DNA from: an uncultured Bacteroidales bacterium
GTDB lineage: Bacteria; Bacteroidota; Bacteroidia; Bacteroidales; GCA-2748055
DNA: 64,000 nt
Assembly: GCA_963751705.1 (NCBI GenBank)
Contig: CAVVVN010000003.1
Location: 855,446-919,445 of the forward strand
Direction: 5' to 3'
Each line of letters starts with the position of its first letter. Within the stretch, counting starts at the first letter, position 1. Both the position numbers and the translations under genes were made by a program. Shown piece after piece: positions 27,965-40,517 of this stretch. The notes below the pieces were generated by a model that was not told where the DNA came from, did not search any database, and saw nothing but the letters and a program-made list of their open reading frames with translations.

Positions 27965-28908
27965 CTTATCCCTGGGGCACAGATCGAAGATTTAATGCAT
28001 ACAGCGACTATTTTCGCCGGAAATACGGGGAGCGTGTTCAGAAGATTAGCATAAATGCTGGATTCACCTGTCCGAACCGGGATGGGAAGGTGGGACGCGG
28101 AGGTTGCACTTTTTGTGATAACCGGGCATTTAATCCTTCCTATGAGGATGTCCACACTTCTGTGACCGAACAGATAAAGAAAGGCATGGAGTTTCATAAA
28201 AAGCGATACCGCAGGGCCAAAAACTATCTGGCCTATTTCCAGGCTTTCAGCAACACCTATGCGGACCTGGAACATTTGCAAACGCTTTACGAGGAAGCGC
28301 TTTCAGTGCCCGGGGTAATGGGCATTGTCGTGGGAACACGGCCTGATTGTGTGGACCGGGAGACTCTGGACTATTTTGCGGAGCTTTCAAATCGCTGTCA
28401 CCTGGTGCTGGAATATGGGATTGAATCCCTGTCAAATTCCACCCTGGACCGGGTGAACCGGGGGCATGATGTTGAAAAGAGCCGATGGGCCGTTGAAGAA
28501 ACAGCCCGAAGGGGGATACACGTGGGGGGACATTTGATACTGGGACTTCCGGGAGAGCAGCGAAGCGATTATCTGGATACGGCCCGGCAACTGGCCTGCT
28601 GGCCCCTGGATTCGGTCAAGTTTCATCAATTGCAGTTGATCAGGGGGACTGCCATGGCCAGGGAGTATGAAAATAAACCGGAGGATTTCCCCTCCTTTAC
28701 TCTGGAGGAATACCTGGAGCTGATGATGGAGATAGTTGAGCTACTCCCGCCGCGTCTGGTAATTGAGCGCGTAGCCGGCGAAGTTACACCGGGGATGGGC
28801 CTCCGCGAGGGCTGGGGCCTGCGTTATGACGGGGTGTTAAAGGCTTTCGAGAAGCTTTTGGAAGAGAATGATAGCTGGCAGGGAAAGAAATTTATAGAAA
28901 GGAAATGA
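27961..28908 (+). CDS. Radical SAM protein, TIGR01212 (YhcC/YtqA) family
   Basis: 315 aa. FTCPNRDGKVGRGGCTFCDN is the family's characteristic cluster motif. ATGA overlaps occur at both ends (27961-27964 and 28905-28908). Confidence 0.85.
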   Translation: MTYPWGTDRRFNAYSDYFRRKYGERVQKISINAGFTCPNRDGKVGRGGCTFCDNRAFNPSYEDVHTSVTEQIKKGMEFHKKRYRRAKNYLAYFQAFSNTYADLEHLQTLYEEALSVPGVMGIVVGTRPDCVDRETLDYFAELSNRCHLVLEYGIESLSNSTLDRVNRGHDVEKSRWAVEETARRGIHVGGHLILGLPGEQRSDYLDTARQLACWPLDSVKFHQLQLIRGTAMAREYENKPEDFPSFTLEEYLELMMEIVELLPPRLVIERVAGEVTPGMGLREGWGLRYDGVLKAFEKLLEENDSWQGKKFIERK

Positions 28909-31775
28909 CCGAGGCAATCCTAAAACAACTGGCAGATTATATGCTGCGAACTGCCCGGGAAGGAGAGGACGATCTGCTGGTCATCCTTCCCAATCGCAGG
29001 GCAGGTCTTTTCCTTCAGCGCTACCTGTCGGAGTCCACGTCTTCCAGTATGTGGATGCCGCGGGTAAGCGGGATTGGAGACTTTATTGAGTCGGAGAGTA
29101 AGCTCCGCCTGAGTGATCCGGTGGAACTTCAGTTTCGATTATATGACATTTATTCAGCCATGGTGGAAGAGCCGGAGTCCCCGGACCAGTTTTTACTATG
29201 GGGCGAAATGATGATTCGGGATTTTGATGAATTGGATAAGTACCTGGTCGATGCAGAGCAATTATTTCGGAATATCCGGGACCTGAAGGCCCTGGAGGAA
29301 CCCCTGGCCGGTCTGGAGCCCGAACAAATCGAGTTTATCCGGCAGTTCTGGGAAGGGTTTTATGATGGGGATATGACTCCGGAAAAGCAGAAGTTTCTGC
29401 AAACCTGGGAGTTGCTGCCACGGCTCTACAATAAGCTGCAGGAAGAACTCAGGTCCTCGAAAGAGGGCTACCAGGGGATGCAGTACCGGGATCTGGCCGA
29501 AAGAATTCTGAAGGGGGAACATACTTTTGCGGGAAAGGGACGCATCCTGGTGGCAGGATTTAATGCCTTAAACCATTGTGAGAAGGTGATTTTTTCGAGA
29601 CTTCTGGAACATGGGGCCTCTTTTTTCTGGGATTACGATCAGCGTTATCTGGAAGATGAGGCTGATGAAGCGGGACGTTTCTTACGGGAGAATATAAAAC
29701 GCTTCCCGGAAGCTGAAAAGCTGGAAGATTTCCGGGGACTTAACCGGGAAAAGCAAATCCGGATATTTGAATTGCCTACGGATGTCCTTCAGTCCAAAAC
29801 TGTGTACCACCTTCTGAAAGACGAGGATCCGGCTCTGCTGAGCTCAAACACTGATACGGCACTGGTCCTTTGTGATGAGGAATTGCTCCTGCCGGTCCTG
29901 ATGTCCCTGCCCAATGGGGTGGAGGAGGTGAATATAACCATGGGTTATCCCATGAAGAATACCCCGGCATTCTCCTTCCTGGACAGCCTGTTGCGTTTGC
30001 ATTCTCATACGAGGAAAAAGGCAGACGGAAGTGCCCGTTTCTACCACAGGGATGTGAACAATATCTTGCAGCATCCCTATTTCAGGAAGATGTATGGGGA
30101 AGCCTCCTTGGAGATCAGTCAGCAGATACTCACCGGGAACATGCATATGATCGACAAAGAGTTCTTTCATGGAGAGGTGGAGGAAATGATCTTCAGGCCC
30201 CTGGAGGATGCGGCCGCACTTCTGGCTTACCTTCGCAGGATCTTTCTGCATCTCCTGGAGCTGATTGCCGTGCGGGCTTACCAAAACGAAAACATACTTG
30301 ACCGGGAATTTTGTTTCCAGCTTCTAAAACAGTTGAACAAGCTTGAAAGGCTGAGTGAAGGGCGAAGCGAGATAAGCTTCCAGTTAATGGAACGTTTGCT
30401 TAGGCGGTCCCTGCAAAACCTGCGGATCCCCTTCGAAGGGGAACCCCTTGCAGGCATGCAGATCATGGGCATTCTGGAGACCCGCCTGCTTGATTTTAAA
30501 CATGTGATTCTGCTATCCATGAATGAGGAAGTAATGCCCGCGCAACAGGCAGCTTCCAGCCATATCCCCTATTCTCTGCGTCTGGCGTTCAGCCTGCCCT
30601 CCAGGGAAGAAAAGGACGCCATTTATGCCTATTATTTCTATCGTTTGCTGCAACGCGCAGGGCGGATTGATATTCTCTTTAACGGCAGCACAGAAGGAGT
30701 TTCCACCGGCGAGATGAGCCGCTACGCCAGGCAGCTGCTTTTCGAGAAGGGCCTGGAAGTTATCCGTCCGGGATTAAGTGTTCAGGCTCGGGAGATTAGC
30801 CCGATTGTGGTTGAACACGGGAGGGAAGTCGTCGAAAAACTCGCCCAATTCCTCCGGGGAGGTGAGAAGGACGCTTATCTTTCCCCCTCGGCAATAAACA
30901 CCTATATCGATTGCTCTCTGAAGTATTATTTCCGCTATATCGCCGGCCTTGGCGAAACTGATGAAATATCAGAGGACATTGATGCCAGCGGTTTCGGGAC
31001 TGTCGTTCACGACAGCCTGAATGAGCTCTACCTGGAGCTTGCCGGGAAGAATGAGGGATTCATTAACAAGGACGCACTTCAGGAGCTGCTGCGAAGTGGC
31101 AGGTACGAAATCAAATTGAAGGAAAAGTTTATCAAGCACCACTACAGGGGAAGAAAAAAGGAAAGCATAGAAGGAAGGAATATTTTGATCTTTAGTGTGA
31201 TGCTTCGGTATATGAAGCAGGTGCTGGTAAAGGATCTCTCCTTTGCTCCTTTCGAGCTGGTTTCCGCAGAGGAAACCTACAGAAGAGTCCTGGATATTCA
31301 GTCGGGAAGTGAGTCCATTGAACTCCGTCTCGGCGGTAAGATTGACCGGATTGACCGGGTCAGGGGACAGTTCCGGGTCATTGATTACAAGACAGGCCGA
31401 ACCGATCAAAAATTCCGGGATATGGATAGCCTCTTTGATGGGGAGTATGGCAGCAGGAACGGGGCGGCCATGCAAACCCTCTTTTATGCCTGGCTGGTGG
31501 GAGAACGCTATCCGCTGGAACCCTTGATGCCCGGGCTCTATACGATGAAAGGGCTTTTCGAGGAGCAGTTTGATCCTGCCCTGATCATAACAAGCCTTAA
31601 GAAAGAAGGAAGGGTCAGCTCATTTGCCCCTCTGGAAGAGACCTTTCTAAGCCTGTTAAAAGAAGTTTTGCAGAAGCTCTACGATCCGGAAGTGCCCTTC
31701 TTACAAAGAGTTTTTGATAAAAAATGCAGCTACTGCGATTTTGCCTCCCTGTGTCAGCGCGTCAGCAGGGAGTGA
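28905..31775 (+). CDS. AddB-like PD-(D/E)XK nuclease subunit with Fe-S cysteines
   Basis: 956 aa. No Walker A near the N-terminus (ILPNRRAG). Nuclease motif IDRIDRV...VIDYKTG, one Cys at YIDCSLKYYF, and a terminal CSYCDFASLC that matches the AddB iron-staple pattern. Confidence 0.7.
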   Translation: MTEAILKQLADYMLRTAREGEDDLLVILPNRRAGLFLQRYLSESTSSSMWMPRVSGIGDFIESESKLRLSDPVELQFRLYDIYSAMVEEPESPDQFLLWGEMMIRDFDELDKYLVDAEQLFRNIRDLKALEEPLAGLEPEQIEFIRQFWEGFYDGDMTPEKQKFLQTWELLPRLYNKLQEELRSSKEGYQGMQYRDLAERILKGEHTFAGKGRILVAGFNALNHCEKVIFSRLLEHGASFFWDYDQRYLEDEADEAGRFLRENIKRFPEAEKLEDFRGLNREKQIRIFELPTDVLQSKTVYHLLKDEDPALLSSNTDTALVLCDEELLLPVLMSLPNGVEEVNITMGYPMKNTPAFSFLDSLLRLHSHTRKKADGSARFYHRDVNNILQHPYFRKMYGEASLEISQQILTGNMHMIDKEFFHGEVEEMIFRPLEDAAALLAYLRRIFLHLLELIAVRAYQNENILDREFCFQLLKQLNKLERLSEGRSEISFQLMERLLRRSLQNLRIPFEGEPLAGMQIMGILETRLLDFKHVILLSMNEEVMPAQQAASSHIPYSLRLAFSLPSREEKDAIYAYYFYRLLQRAGRIDILFNGSTEGVSTGEMSRYARQLLFEKGLEVIRPGLSVQAREISPIVVEHGREVVEKLAQFLRGGEKDAYLSPSAINTYIDCSLKYYFRYIAGLGETDEISEDIDASGFGTVVHDSLNELYLELAGKNEGFINKDALQELLRSGRYEIKLKEKFIKHHYRGRKKESIEGRNILIFSVMLRYMKQVLVKDLSFAPFELVSAEETYRRVLDIQSGSESIELRLGGKIDRIDRVRGQFRVIDYKTGRTDQKFRDMDSLFDGEYGSRNGAAMQTLFYAWLVGERYPLEPLMPGLYTMKGLFEEQFDPALIITSLKKEGRVSSFAPLEETFLSLLKEVLQKLYDPEVPFLQRVFDKKCSYCDFASLCQRVSRE

Positions 31776-31798
31776 GTTCGGATATCGACCGCATGGAA

Positions 31799-32485
31799 TC
31801 ACTGCTTTTCTCCCTTCAGCAGATCCGGTCTGAGTTTGCGGGTTCGTTCCATGGACTGTTCATGTTTCCATTGTTCGATCCTGGCAGCATGACCGGAAAG
31901 CAGTATTTCAGGCACTTTCCACCCTTTGTATTCGGCGGGTCTGGTATAAACAGGTGGAGCCAGCAGGCCATCCTGAAAGGAGTCGCTCAGTGCCGAGGTC
32001 TCATCGGATATGGCGCCTGGAAGAAGCCGGACAACACTATCGATAATTACTGCAGCCGCAAGCTCACCTCCGGTTAACACATAATCCCCGATGGAGAGCT
32101 CCAAACTTATCAGGTGATCCCGGATTCGCTGATCAATCCCTTTGTAGTGCCCACAGAGGATGATTAAATTCTCAGCCAGGGCCAGGCGATTGGCTATAGG
32201 TTGATTGAAGCTCTTCCCGTCGGGGGAAGTATATATGATCTCATCGTATTCCCGTTCGGAAGTGAGCTGCGTGATGGCCCGGTGGATGGGTTCAATGGAC
32301 ATGACCATGCCGGCTTCCCCCCCAAAAGCATAATCATCCACCTTCCGATGCTTATCCAGCGAGAAATCCCTCAGATCATGAATATGGATCTCAACAAGCG
32401 CTTTCTCCCGGGCTCTCTTAACAATGGAATGATTGAGCGGACCTTCCAGTAAAGGAGGTAAAACCGTTATAATATCGATGCGCAT
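31799..32485 (-). CDS. trmD: tRNA (guanine37-N1)-methyltransferase
   Basis: [17 protein letters not shown]... from the ATG at 32485 (the track ORF begins 6 codons upstream at a GTG). SPOUT-knot region [13 protein letters not shown]. Confidence 0.9.
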   Translation of the reverse strand: MRIDIITVLPPLLEGPLNHSIVKRAREKALVEIHIHDLRDFSLDKHRKVDDYAFGGEAGMVMSIEPIHRAITQLTSEREYDEIIYTSPDGKSFNQPIANRLALAENLIILCGHYKGIDQRIRDHLISLELSIGDYVLTGGELAAAVIIDSVVRLLPGAISDETSALSDSFQDGLLAPPVYTRPAEYKGWKVPEILLSGHAARIEQWKHEQSMERTRKLRPDLLKGEKQ

Positions 32486-32594
32486 TCTGCTTTGCTTTTC
32501 CACGAAGATAGGACAGTTTTTTTCTCAAAAAGAGCCCATTTAATGAAAAATCACTAATTTGTAGGATCGGCGACCTACTAATCCTCTACCTGTC

Positions 32595-34685
32595 ATGAAA
32601 AATTCTGAGCTAAATGATCCTCTTCAGGAGCACATAAACAAAGAGAAAGATTTAGAAAGCAAACATCCAGAATCTTCCACCGAGGAGAGTAAAGAAGGCA
32701 CTGAAGATCAAACTGATCTGCCAGTAAGCTCCGGTAAAGCTGTTTCTGCTGTGACAGAACCTGAAACAGATGAATCCACCACCCCGGAGTCCAAAGCCGC
32801 CCAACCTCTATCTGAAGCATCCGCGGAAAAGAAAGTTAAGTCTCCTTCGGCCAGGAGTAAATCCCATAAAGACACCCTGATTGATGATAGTGAGGAGGAG
32901 CAGAAAAATGCCTCCTATGATGATCTGGATAATGACCAGCCTGAAGATAATGAGGAACAGGTGAATTATGGTCTGCTTAGCAAGGAAGATCTGGTAAAAC
33001 TGCTCAGAGAAAAGCTGGATAACCCGGGTAAAGGAAATATCCGAAAAGAGGTGGAGGAAATCAAACAGGTCTTCTATGAAAAAGTAGATGCGGTCCTGGA
33101 AGAAAAGAAGAAAAATTTTCTGGACGAGGGTGGAACCCTGGAAGATTTTAAACCTGCTGAGGAACCTGTGGAGACGGACATGAAAGAGTTGTTGTATAAA
33201 TACAAGGGACTGAAAGCAGAATTTACCCGGCAGCTGGAAAAAACCAAAAAGGAAAATCTCCAGAAAAAGCAGGAGGTTCTGGAAGGATTCAGGATACTTA
33301 TGGAGGGTCAGGAGAGTTTTGAAATAACCTTCAGAAAGTTTAAAGATCTGCAGAAACAATGGTTTGCAGCTGGAGTTGTGCCTCATCAGAACCTGAAAGA
33401 CCTGTGGGATTCTTACAATTACTTTGTGGACAAATTCAATGATTATGTAAGAATGAACAGGGACTTGAGAGCCCTGGACCTCAAGAAAAACCTGGAACTC
33501 AAGGTCCAGCTTTGTGAGCGAACCGAAGAGCTGGATAAGGAGCCCAACGTTGTTCAGGCATTTAAAGTTCTGCAAAAATATCACACCCGCTGGAGAGAGA
33601 TTGGCCCGGTCCCCCGTGAAGACAGGGATGAAATCTGGGAGCGCTTTAAGCAGGCCACCTCTGTAATCAATAAAAAACATCAGGAATATCACTCCAGGTT
33701 AAAAGATTCCTTGCACGAGAATCTGGAGAAAAAGGTCAGCCTGTGTGAGCGGGTGGAACAAATTGCTGCTACGGTGTATGAAACTCATGGGGCCTGGGTG
33801 GATAAAACCAACCAGGTGCTTGAGATTCAGAAGACATGGAAGACCATTGGCTATGCCCCTAAGAAAGATAACAATGCGATTTATTCCAGGTTCCGGAAAG
33901 CTTGTGATGTATTTTTTGGGAACAAGGCCAAGTTTTATGCTGCAGCCTATGAGGATCAAAAAGATAACCTCCAACTCAAACTGGAAATAGCCGAAAAAGC
34001 CGAAACACTGAGCAAGAGTCAGGAATGGAAGGAGACAACCAATGAGCTTATACAGCTGCAGAAACGATGGAAGGAGATTGGGCCGGTTCCCAGAAGGGAT
34101 TCGGATAAATTGTGGAAAAGGTTCAGGGCTGCTTGCGATACATTTTTTGAAAATAAGTCAAAGTATTTTGAAGATATTGACTCTACCTTTGAAGATAATC
34201 TGAAAGCCAGGGAGGAGATTATTGCAGAAATGGATGCTTACCAGGTGGTTGAGAAGCGTAAAGAGAATCTGGAGGCACTGCATGATTTTCAAACAAGATT
34301 TAACGCTATAGGCTATGTGCCTTCGGGAAAGAAGGAGTGGATCAAGGACCAGTTCAGACTGGCTCAGGACAGACTGCTTGAGAAAATCGGCATGGACGAA
34401 TCGCAACGGAGCCTATTCCGGTTTCGATACCGGATCGAGAGTATGTCCAGGGCTCCAAGAGCTGAAATGAAGTTGAATTTTGAGCGGGATAAACTGGTGA
34501 ACAAGCTGCAGCAGCTTCGCAATGACATGAGTGTTTGGGAGAATAATATTGGCTTCTTTAAGCAGTCTGACAGCTCGGAAGAGACCATCCAGGGATTCCA
34601 GGAAAAAATTGACCTGGCACATGAGCGAATCGAAGTTTTTGAGGAGAAAATCCGTATCCTGGATGATATGGAAAATGAAAATTAA
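32595..34685 (+). CDS. DUF349 repeat protein with an acidic low-complexity N-terminus
   Basis: 696 aa. Repeated units W(K/R)EIGPVPRE/RD...(I/L)W(E/K)RF(K/R)xA, characteristic of DUF349. Confidence 0.75.
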   Translation: MKNSELNDPLQEHINKEKDLESKHPESSTEESKEGTEDQTDLPVSSGKAVSAVTEPETDESTTPESKAAQPLSEASAEKKVKSPSARSKSHKDTLIDDSEEEQKNASYDDLDNDQPEDNEEQVNYGLLSKEDLVKLLREKLDNPGKGNIRKEVEEIKQVFYEKVDAVLEEKKKNFLDEGGTLEDFKPAEEPVETDMKELLYKYKGLKAEFTRQLEKTKKENLQKKQEVLEGFRILMEGQESFEITFRKFKDLQKQWFAAGVVPHQNLKDLWDSYNYFVDKFNDYVRMNRDLRALDLKKNLELKVQLCERTEELDKEPNVVQAFKVLQKYHTRWREIGPVPREDRDEIWERFKQATSVINKKHQEYHSRLKDSLHENLEKKVSLCERVEQIAATVYETHGAWVDKTNQVLEIQKTWKTIGYAPKKDNNAIYSRFRKACDVFFGNKAKFYAAAYEDQKDNLQLKLEIAEKAETLSKSQEWKETTNELIQLQKRWKEIGPVPRRDSDKLWKRFRAACDTFFENKSKYFEDIDSTFEDNLKAREEIIAEMDAYQVVEKRKENLEALHDFQTRFNAIGYVPSGKKEWIKDQFRLAQDRLLEKIGMDESQRSLFRFRYRIESMSRAPRAEMKLNFERDKLVNKLQQLRNDMSVWENNIGFFKQSDSSEETIQGFQEKIDLAHERIEVFEEKIRILDDMENEN

Positions 34686-34710
34686 ATCTTTACTTTTAAC
34701 CCGAATTTAA

Positions 34711-36333
<1,623 letters not shown>

Positions 36334-36414
36334 CTTCTGCTGCCCCGTATTTTGCAATTCACCGAAATCTGGTGGATTTTCACTGAATTTATATTGATAT
36401 ACAGGCTAAACCAT

Positions 36415-36422
36415 TACTTTTG
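36415..36422 (+). promoter_or_regulatory. Candidate -7 promoter box (TAnnTTTG) for yidC
   Basis: TACTTTTG lies 22 nt upstream of the ATG at 36445. Confidence 0.3.
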
Positions 36423-36444
36423 TGCCTGAATATAAAAGCAGAAA

Positions 36445-38346
36445 ATGGACAGAAATACAATTATAGGTTTGGGTATTATTGGACTCCTTCTTGTGGGCTA
36501 TAGTATCTTTACCAAACCCCAGCGTGAAGCTCAGATGGCTGAACGCAGCAGACTCGATTCCATCGCCCGGGTAGAGCAGGTCAGAGCTATGGAAGCTGCC
36601 CGTCAGGCTCAGGCTCAGTTGCCTGCTGGAGATTCTGGAACCATTGCTCCTGGTGATTCTGTATCCATGGAGAGTTTATCCGGGGAGCTGGGAGATTTTG
36701 CAAATGCAGCCACCGGAACCGAAAAGAAGGTGGTACTTGAAAACAATAATGTGAAACTGGCCTTCTCGACTCTCGGGGGGCGGCCTTATACGGTTCAGCT
36801 GAAGAAGTATCAGACCTTCGATTCATTGCCACTTTACCTCTTTGATGGTGATTCCACAATTTTTGCACTTCAGTTCTTTGCTGACAACCGGAGAATCAAT
36901 ACCGGAGAGCTCTACTTCCAGCCAGTGATGGAGAAACTTACCAGTGAGGAGGGCCGTTCATACCAGCAGCTTACCATGAGCATGGATATTTCTGAAACGG
37001 CATCCATATCCTATATATACAGGCTGTTTGACGATGATTACATGCTCGATTTTGATATGCGTCTGCAAGGGCTGGATCAGTATCGGACCGACCAGATGGA
37101 GTTTAATTTCGATTTTTATGCGCCTTCACAGGAGAAGGGCTACCAGAACGAGGCCATGTATACCACGCTTTATTATAAGTTTAAAGGCGGAGATGTGGAG
37201 AGCTTTAAATCACGTTCTAAAAAGGAGCTGGAAGAGGTTACTGAAACCACCCGTATCAATTGGATTGCTTTCAGTCACCAGTTCTTCTCCACCATACTGA
37301 TAGCCGATGAGCATTTTGATGGGGCCTATATGATGCAGGAGCGGTTTAATGATCCGGGAAAATATGTACGTCGTTATTCTGCCTCCATTGATATGCCCTA
37401 CGACCGTACCGGTGACCAGCTTATCGGGATGCAACTCTATCTGGGACCCAACAAATTCAAATCGCTGAAGAGCTATGGTGATCTGGGCCTGGAGAATGTG
37501 GTTACGGTTGGAGGCTCCATGATACGCTGGATCAATGCCTTTGTGGTCATTCCAATCTTTGACTGGTTAAGTAAGTATTTTGTCAATTTCGGGATCATCA
37601 TATTGCTGCTGACCCTGATCATCAAAGTAGCCCTTTTCCCGCTTACCTACCGTTCGTTTAAGTCGCAGGCAGTGATGAGGCTTTTAAAGCCGCAGGTGGA
37701 TGAGATTGGCGAGCGTTATCCCAAGAAGGAAGATGCCATGAAGAAGCAGCAGGCGACCATGGATCTTTATAAGAAGGCTGGAGCCAATCCCATGGGAGGC
37801 TGTCTCCCCATGTTACTGCAGTTCCCGATCCTCTATGCCATGTTCAGGTTCTTTCCTACCTCCATTGAGCTCAGGCAGGAGGGATTTTTATGGGCACACG
37901 ACCTCTCCACCTATGATTCAATTCTCGACCTCCCCTGGAATATCCCCATGTACGGGGATCACGTTAGTCTCTTCACCCTGCTTATGACCGTGACCACCAT
38001 GCTCTCCATGAAATGGAACAACCAGGTTTCGGCTGGAAGCAGCCAGATGCCGGGTATGAAGACCATGATGTACATTATGCCGGTGATGTTTATGTTCATC
38101 CTGAACAACTTCTCGGCCGGTCTGACCTATTATTATTTCCTGGCCAATGTGATTACACTGGCACAAAACCTGATCTTTAAGAGGTTTATTGATGAAGATA
38201 AGATATTGAAGAAGATTGCCTCCAAGCAGAACAAACCGGCTAAAAAATCAAAGTTTGCACAGCGGCTGGAGGCTATTCAGAAGCAGCAGCAGCAACAGAA
38301 GTCTCTGGGCGGAAGAAAGCCACAACCCAAGAAGAAGAGCCGCTGA
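36445..38346 (+). CDS. yidC: Membrane protein insertase YidC
   Basis: 633 aa. N-terminal TM helix, large periplasmic domain, conserved core (GCLPMLLQFPILYAMF) and a Lys/Gln-rich tail. Confidence 0.9.
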   Translation: MDRNTIIGLGIIGLLLVGYSIFTKPQREAQMAERSRLDSIARVEQVRAMEAARQAQAQLPAGDSGTIAPGDSVSMESLSGELGDFANAATGTEKKVVLENNNVKLAFSTLGGRPYTVQLKKYQTFDSLPLYLFDGDSTIFALQFFADNRRINTGELYFQPVMEKLTSEEGRSYQQLTMSMDISETASISYIYRLFDDDYMLDFDMRLQGLDQYRTDQMEFNFDFYAPSQEKGYQNEAMYTTLYYKFKGGDVESFKSRSKKELEEVTETTRINWIAFSHQFFSTILIADEHFDGAYMMQERFNDPGKYVRRYSASIDMPYDRTGDQLIGMQLYLGPNKFKSLKSYGDLGLENVVTVGGSMIRWINAFVVIPIFDWLSKYFVNFGIIILLLTLIIKVALFPLTYRSFKSQAVMRLLKPQVDEIGERYPKKEDAMKKQQATMDLYKKAGANPMGGCLPMLLQFPILYAMFRFFPTSIELRQEGFLWAHDLSTYDSILDLPWNIPMYGDHVSLFTLLMTVTTMLSMKWNNQVSAGSSQMPGMKTMMYIMPVMFMFILNNFSAGLTYYYFLANVITLAQNLIFKRFIDEDKILKKIASKQNKPAKKSKFAQRLEAIQKQQQQQKSLGGRKPQPKKKSR

Positions 38347-38356
38347 AAGGAAAAGA

Positions 38357-38851
38357 TTATTGTAGCAGAATATTTCGAATGGCAGCCATTTTAAGGGCGG
38401 TAACAGCTGCTTCATCCCCTTTGTTTCCGAGTTTACCTCCTGCCCGGTCAAGGGCCTGCTGCTGATTCTCGGTGGTTAAAACACCGAAAATAAAAGGAAT
38501 ATCGTAATCCAGGTTCAGTTCGGTAATCCCTTTGGTGACCCCCTGGCATATATAGTCAAAATGACTGGTATCCCCACGGATCACGCAACCCAGGCAAATG
38601 ACGGCATGAGGTGAAAACTGTTCAGCAACAATCCTGGCTCCATAAGGCAGTTCAAAGGAGCCGGGGACAGCCAGGGTACTGATATTCTCCTCTCTGACCC
38701 CGTGTTTTTTCAAGGTCATCAGGGTACCTTCCAGCAGAGCTCCCGTTATCTTTTCGTTCCATTCGGAGACCACAATGCCAAACTTCATGAAAGATCCATC
38801 AGGGATGCTGGCCGGATCATGATTCGATAGGTTTTTCAGGCTGGAGGACAT
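38357..38851 (-). CDS. ribH: 6,7-dimethyl-8-ribityllumazine synthase
   Basis: 164 aa. [13 protein letters not shown]...VPGSFELP...[13 protein letters not shown]. Confidence 0.9.
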   Translation of the reverse strand: MSSSLKNLSNHDPASIPDGSFMKFGIVVSEWNEKITGALLEGTLMTLKKHGVREENISTLAVPGSFELPYGARIVAEQFSPHAVICLGCVIRGDTSHFDYICQGVTKGITELNLDYDIPFIFGVLTTENQQQALDRAGGKLGNKGDEAAVTALKMAAIRNILLQ

Positions 38852-38877
38852 GATGATTCTGCTTGGATAAGAATCTT

Positions 38878-39573
38878 TTACAGGGACATTTTGGATTCCA
38901 CCCTTCCAACATATTTTTTAATCTCGTTCCCTTCAGGGGTTTCCGGGTAGTTAAATTCAATGACCCTATAGGTACTCAGAGCCTCCTCCAGCTTGCCGAG
39001 TTCTTCGTAAACAATGCCCAGCTTCTTCAGTATTATGGGGGTAGAGAAATTATTTTCGTATTTGTCAATCCCGCTTTTATAGGCAGAGATGGCCTTTTCC
39101 AGTTCGCCCAACTCTACATATGCATCTCCCAGGGTACTGTATTTAGCGGCACCCACCAGCAAATCATCCGTTTTAAATTTATTCAGAAGCTCAATGGCTG
39201 CATCATGATCGCCCAGCTGGTGATAACATACACCAGCATAATACCTTGAAATTTTGGCAGATTTGCTGAACCCGTAATCGTCCATTACATTCAGAAATCC
39301 CGGGTAGGTTCCATAGCCGTTTAAAGCAAGATTAAAGGAGTCCATTTCAAAAAAACGCTCTGCATAGTACATGTCAGCGGCAGCTTCCTCGTTGAGAGGC
39401 TTCAGATAATACCTGTTTCCGCCTATGATGACCAGTAATATAACAATCAGTCCACCCAGGAGATAGGTGAGGGTTTTTTGATTATCTTCTATGAATTGTT
39501 CGGAACGAGTTAGTGCTTGTTCAATGCCTTCCAGATTCTTATCGGTTTGCTTCACATTTTTTTTCTTCGCCAT
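38878..39573 (-). CDS. Membrane-anchored tetratricopeptide-repeat protein
   Basis: The probable start is the ATG at 39573 (MAKKKNVKQ). It has one TM helix ([15 protein letters not shown]) followed by TPR-like repeats. The track ORF extends 26 codons further upstream. Confidence 0.7.
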   Translation of the reverse strand: MAKKKNVKQTDKNLEGIEQALTRSEQFIEDNQKTLTYLLGGLIVILLVIIGGNRYYLKPLNEEAAADMYYAERFFEMDSFNLALNGYGTYPGFLNVMDDYGFSKSAKISRYYAGVCYHQLGDHDAAIELLNKFKTDDLLVGAAKYSTLGDAYVELGELEKAISAYKSGIDKYENNFSTPIILKKLGIVYEELGKLEEALSTYRVIEFNYPETPEGNEIKKYVGRVESKMSL

Positions 39574-39681
39574 CACTCTAATTTTGGTGGAATTCAAAAA
39601 CTTCCGCAAAAGTAATCCTTTTTTAGAAAAATGCCCTTTGTGGCGCCACAAAAATTAGCATTTTTATCTGGGTCCGGCTGA

Positions 39682-40437
39682 CTAAGTGTCCAGGCTTCCA
39701 AATACCTTTTTTAAGAGGGGGGTGATTCTTGCAGAGACATTTTCTCTGATTTTCTTTTCTTCATCCTGAACCTTCATAAACATTCCATCCAGGGCTTTAT
39801 TGGTGAGGTAGCCGTCAAGATCAGTATTTACCGGGGAGACATTGGCCAGTCTCCCGGCTACGGAATTGGCAAACAGATTCCATTTACCTGTAAGAGCTTC
39901 CCAGGAGTCTTTTGCGGAAACTCCGCCCAGGATATCCTTTTCGGTAGATTGGCTGATTTTCGGTTTATACAGCGTGTATAGATCTGCACGTGTAGTGTTA
40001 ATAAGGTACTGAGTGGCGGCATTGTCCGTGCCCCTGAGGATGCCGAAGGCATCATTGATGGTCATCTGTTTGATGCTATTGATAAAAATTGGAGCCACTT
40101 CCCTGGCGGCATCTTCAGCTGCCCGGTTAATACTGAGGATAACATCTTCTACCAATTTGTCTCCCCCCGGAATTTTGGAGAGATTATCAATAATAATTGA
40201 GGCCTCTTCCGGAAGCAGTATCTTAACCAGTTCATCCCCGTAATACCCATTCACAGATGAAAGAATGGAAGAAGCATTTTTTGAACCTGTGATCAGGGCC
40301 TCCTTAAGACCTTCTGAAACTTCAGTCGCAGACAGCGGAGTGTCGGCGGCGACAGTTTCAATCAGTGAGCTTAGTTCTGCACATCCGCTAAATAGAATCA
40401 ACGATAGTGAAATAATTAGTAATTGTCTTTTTATCAA
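39682..40437 (-). CDS. DUF4197-like lipoprotein
   Basis: The track ORF runs to 40533 but would then overlap recF. The TTG at 40437 gives MIKRQLLIISLSLILFSGC (lipobox). The body (LSATEVSEGLKEAL...LLPEEA) resembles DUF4197. The start is uncertain. Confidence 0.55.
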   Translation of the reverse strand: MIKRQLLIISLSLILFSGCAELSSLIETVAADTPLSATEVSEGLKEALITGSKNASSILSSVNGYYGDELVKILLPEEASIIIDNLSKIPGGDKLVEDVILSINRAAEDAAREVAPIFINSIKQMTINDAFGILRGTDNAATQYLINTTRADLYTLYKPKISQSTEKDILGGVSAKDSWEALTGKWNLFANSVAGRLANVSPVNTDLDGYLTNKALDGMFMKVQDEEKKIRENVSARITPLLKKVFGSLDT

Positions 40438-40517
40438 TGTCTTAGGTTTTAAAAGTGTGTATTTAAAGATAAGTGAAAATTTCCAAAATGCTACAGGGAA
40501 AATTAGTAATTTTGCAT

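Noticed and set aside
40507-40514. A TAATTTTG box 3 nt upstream of the recF ATG, as a candidate recF promoter.
   Set aside because: It is too close to the canonical RecF start (MHLKTLSLVNFKNY) for transcription to begin upstream of the ATG. It is probably a coincidental match within the overlapping divergent region.
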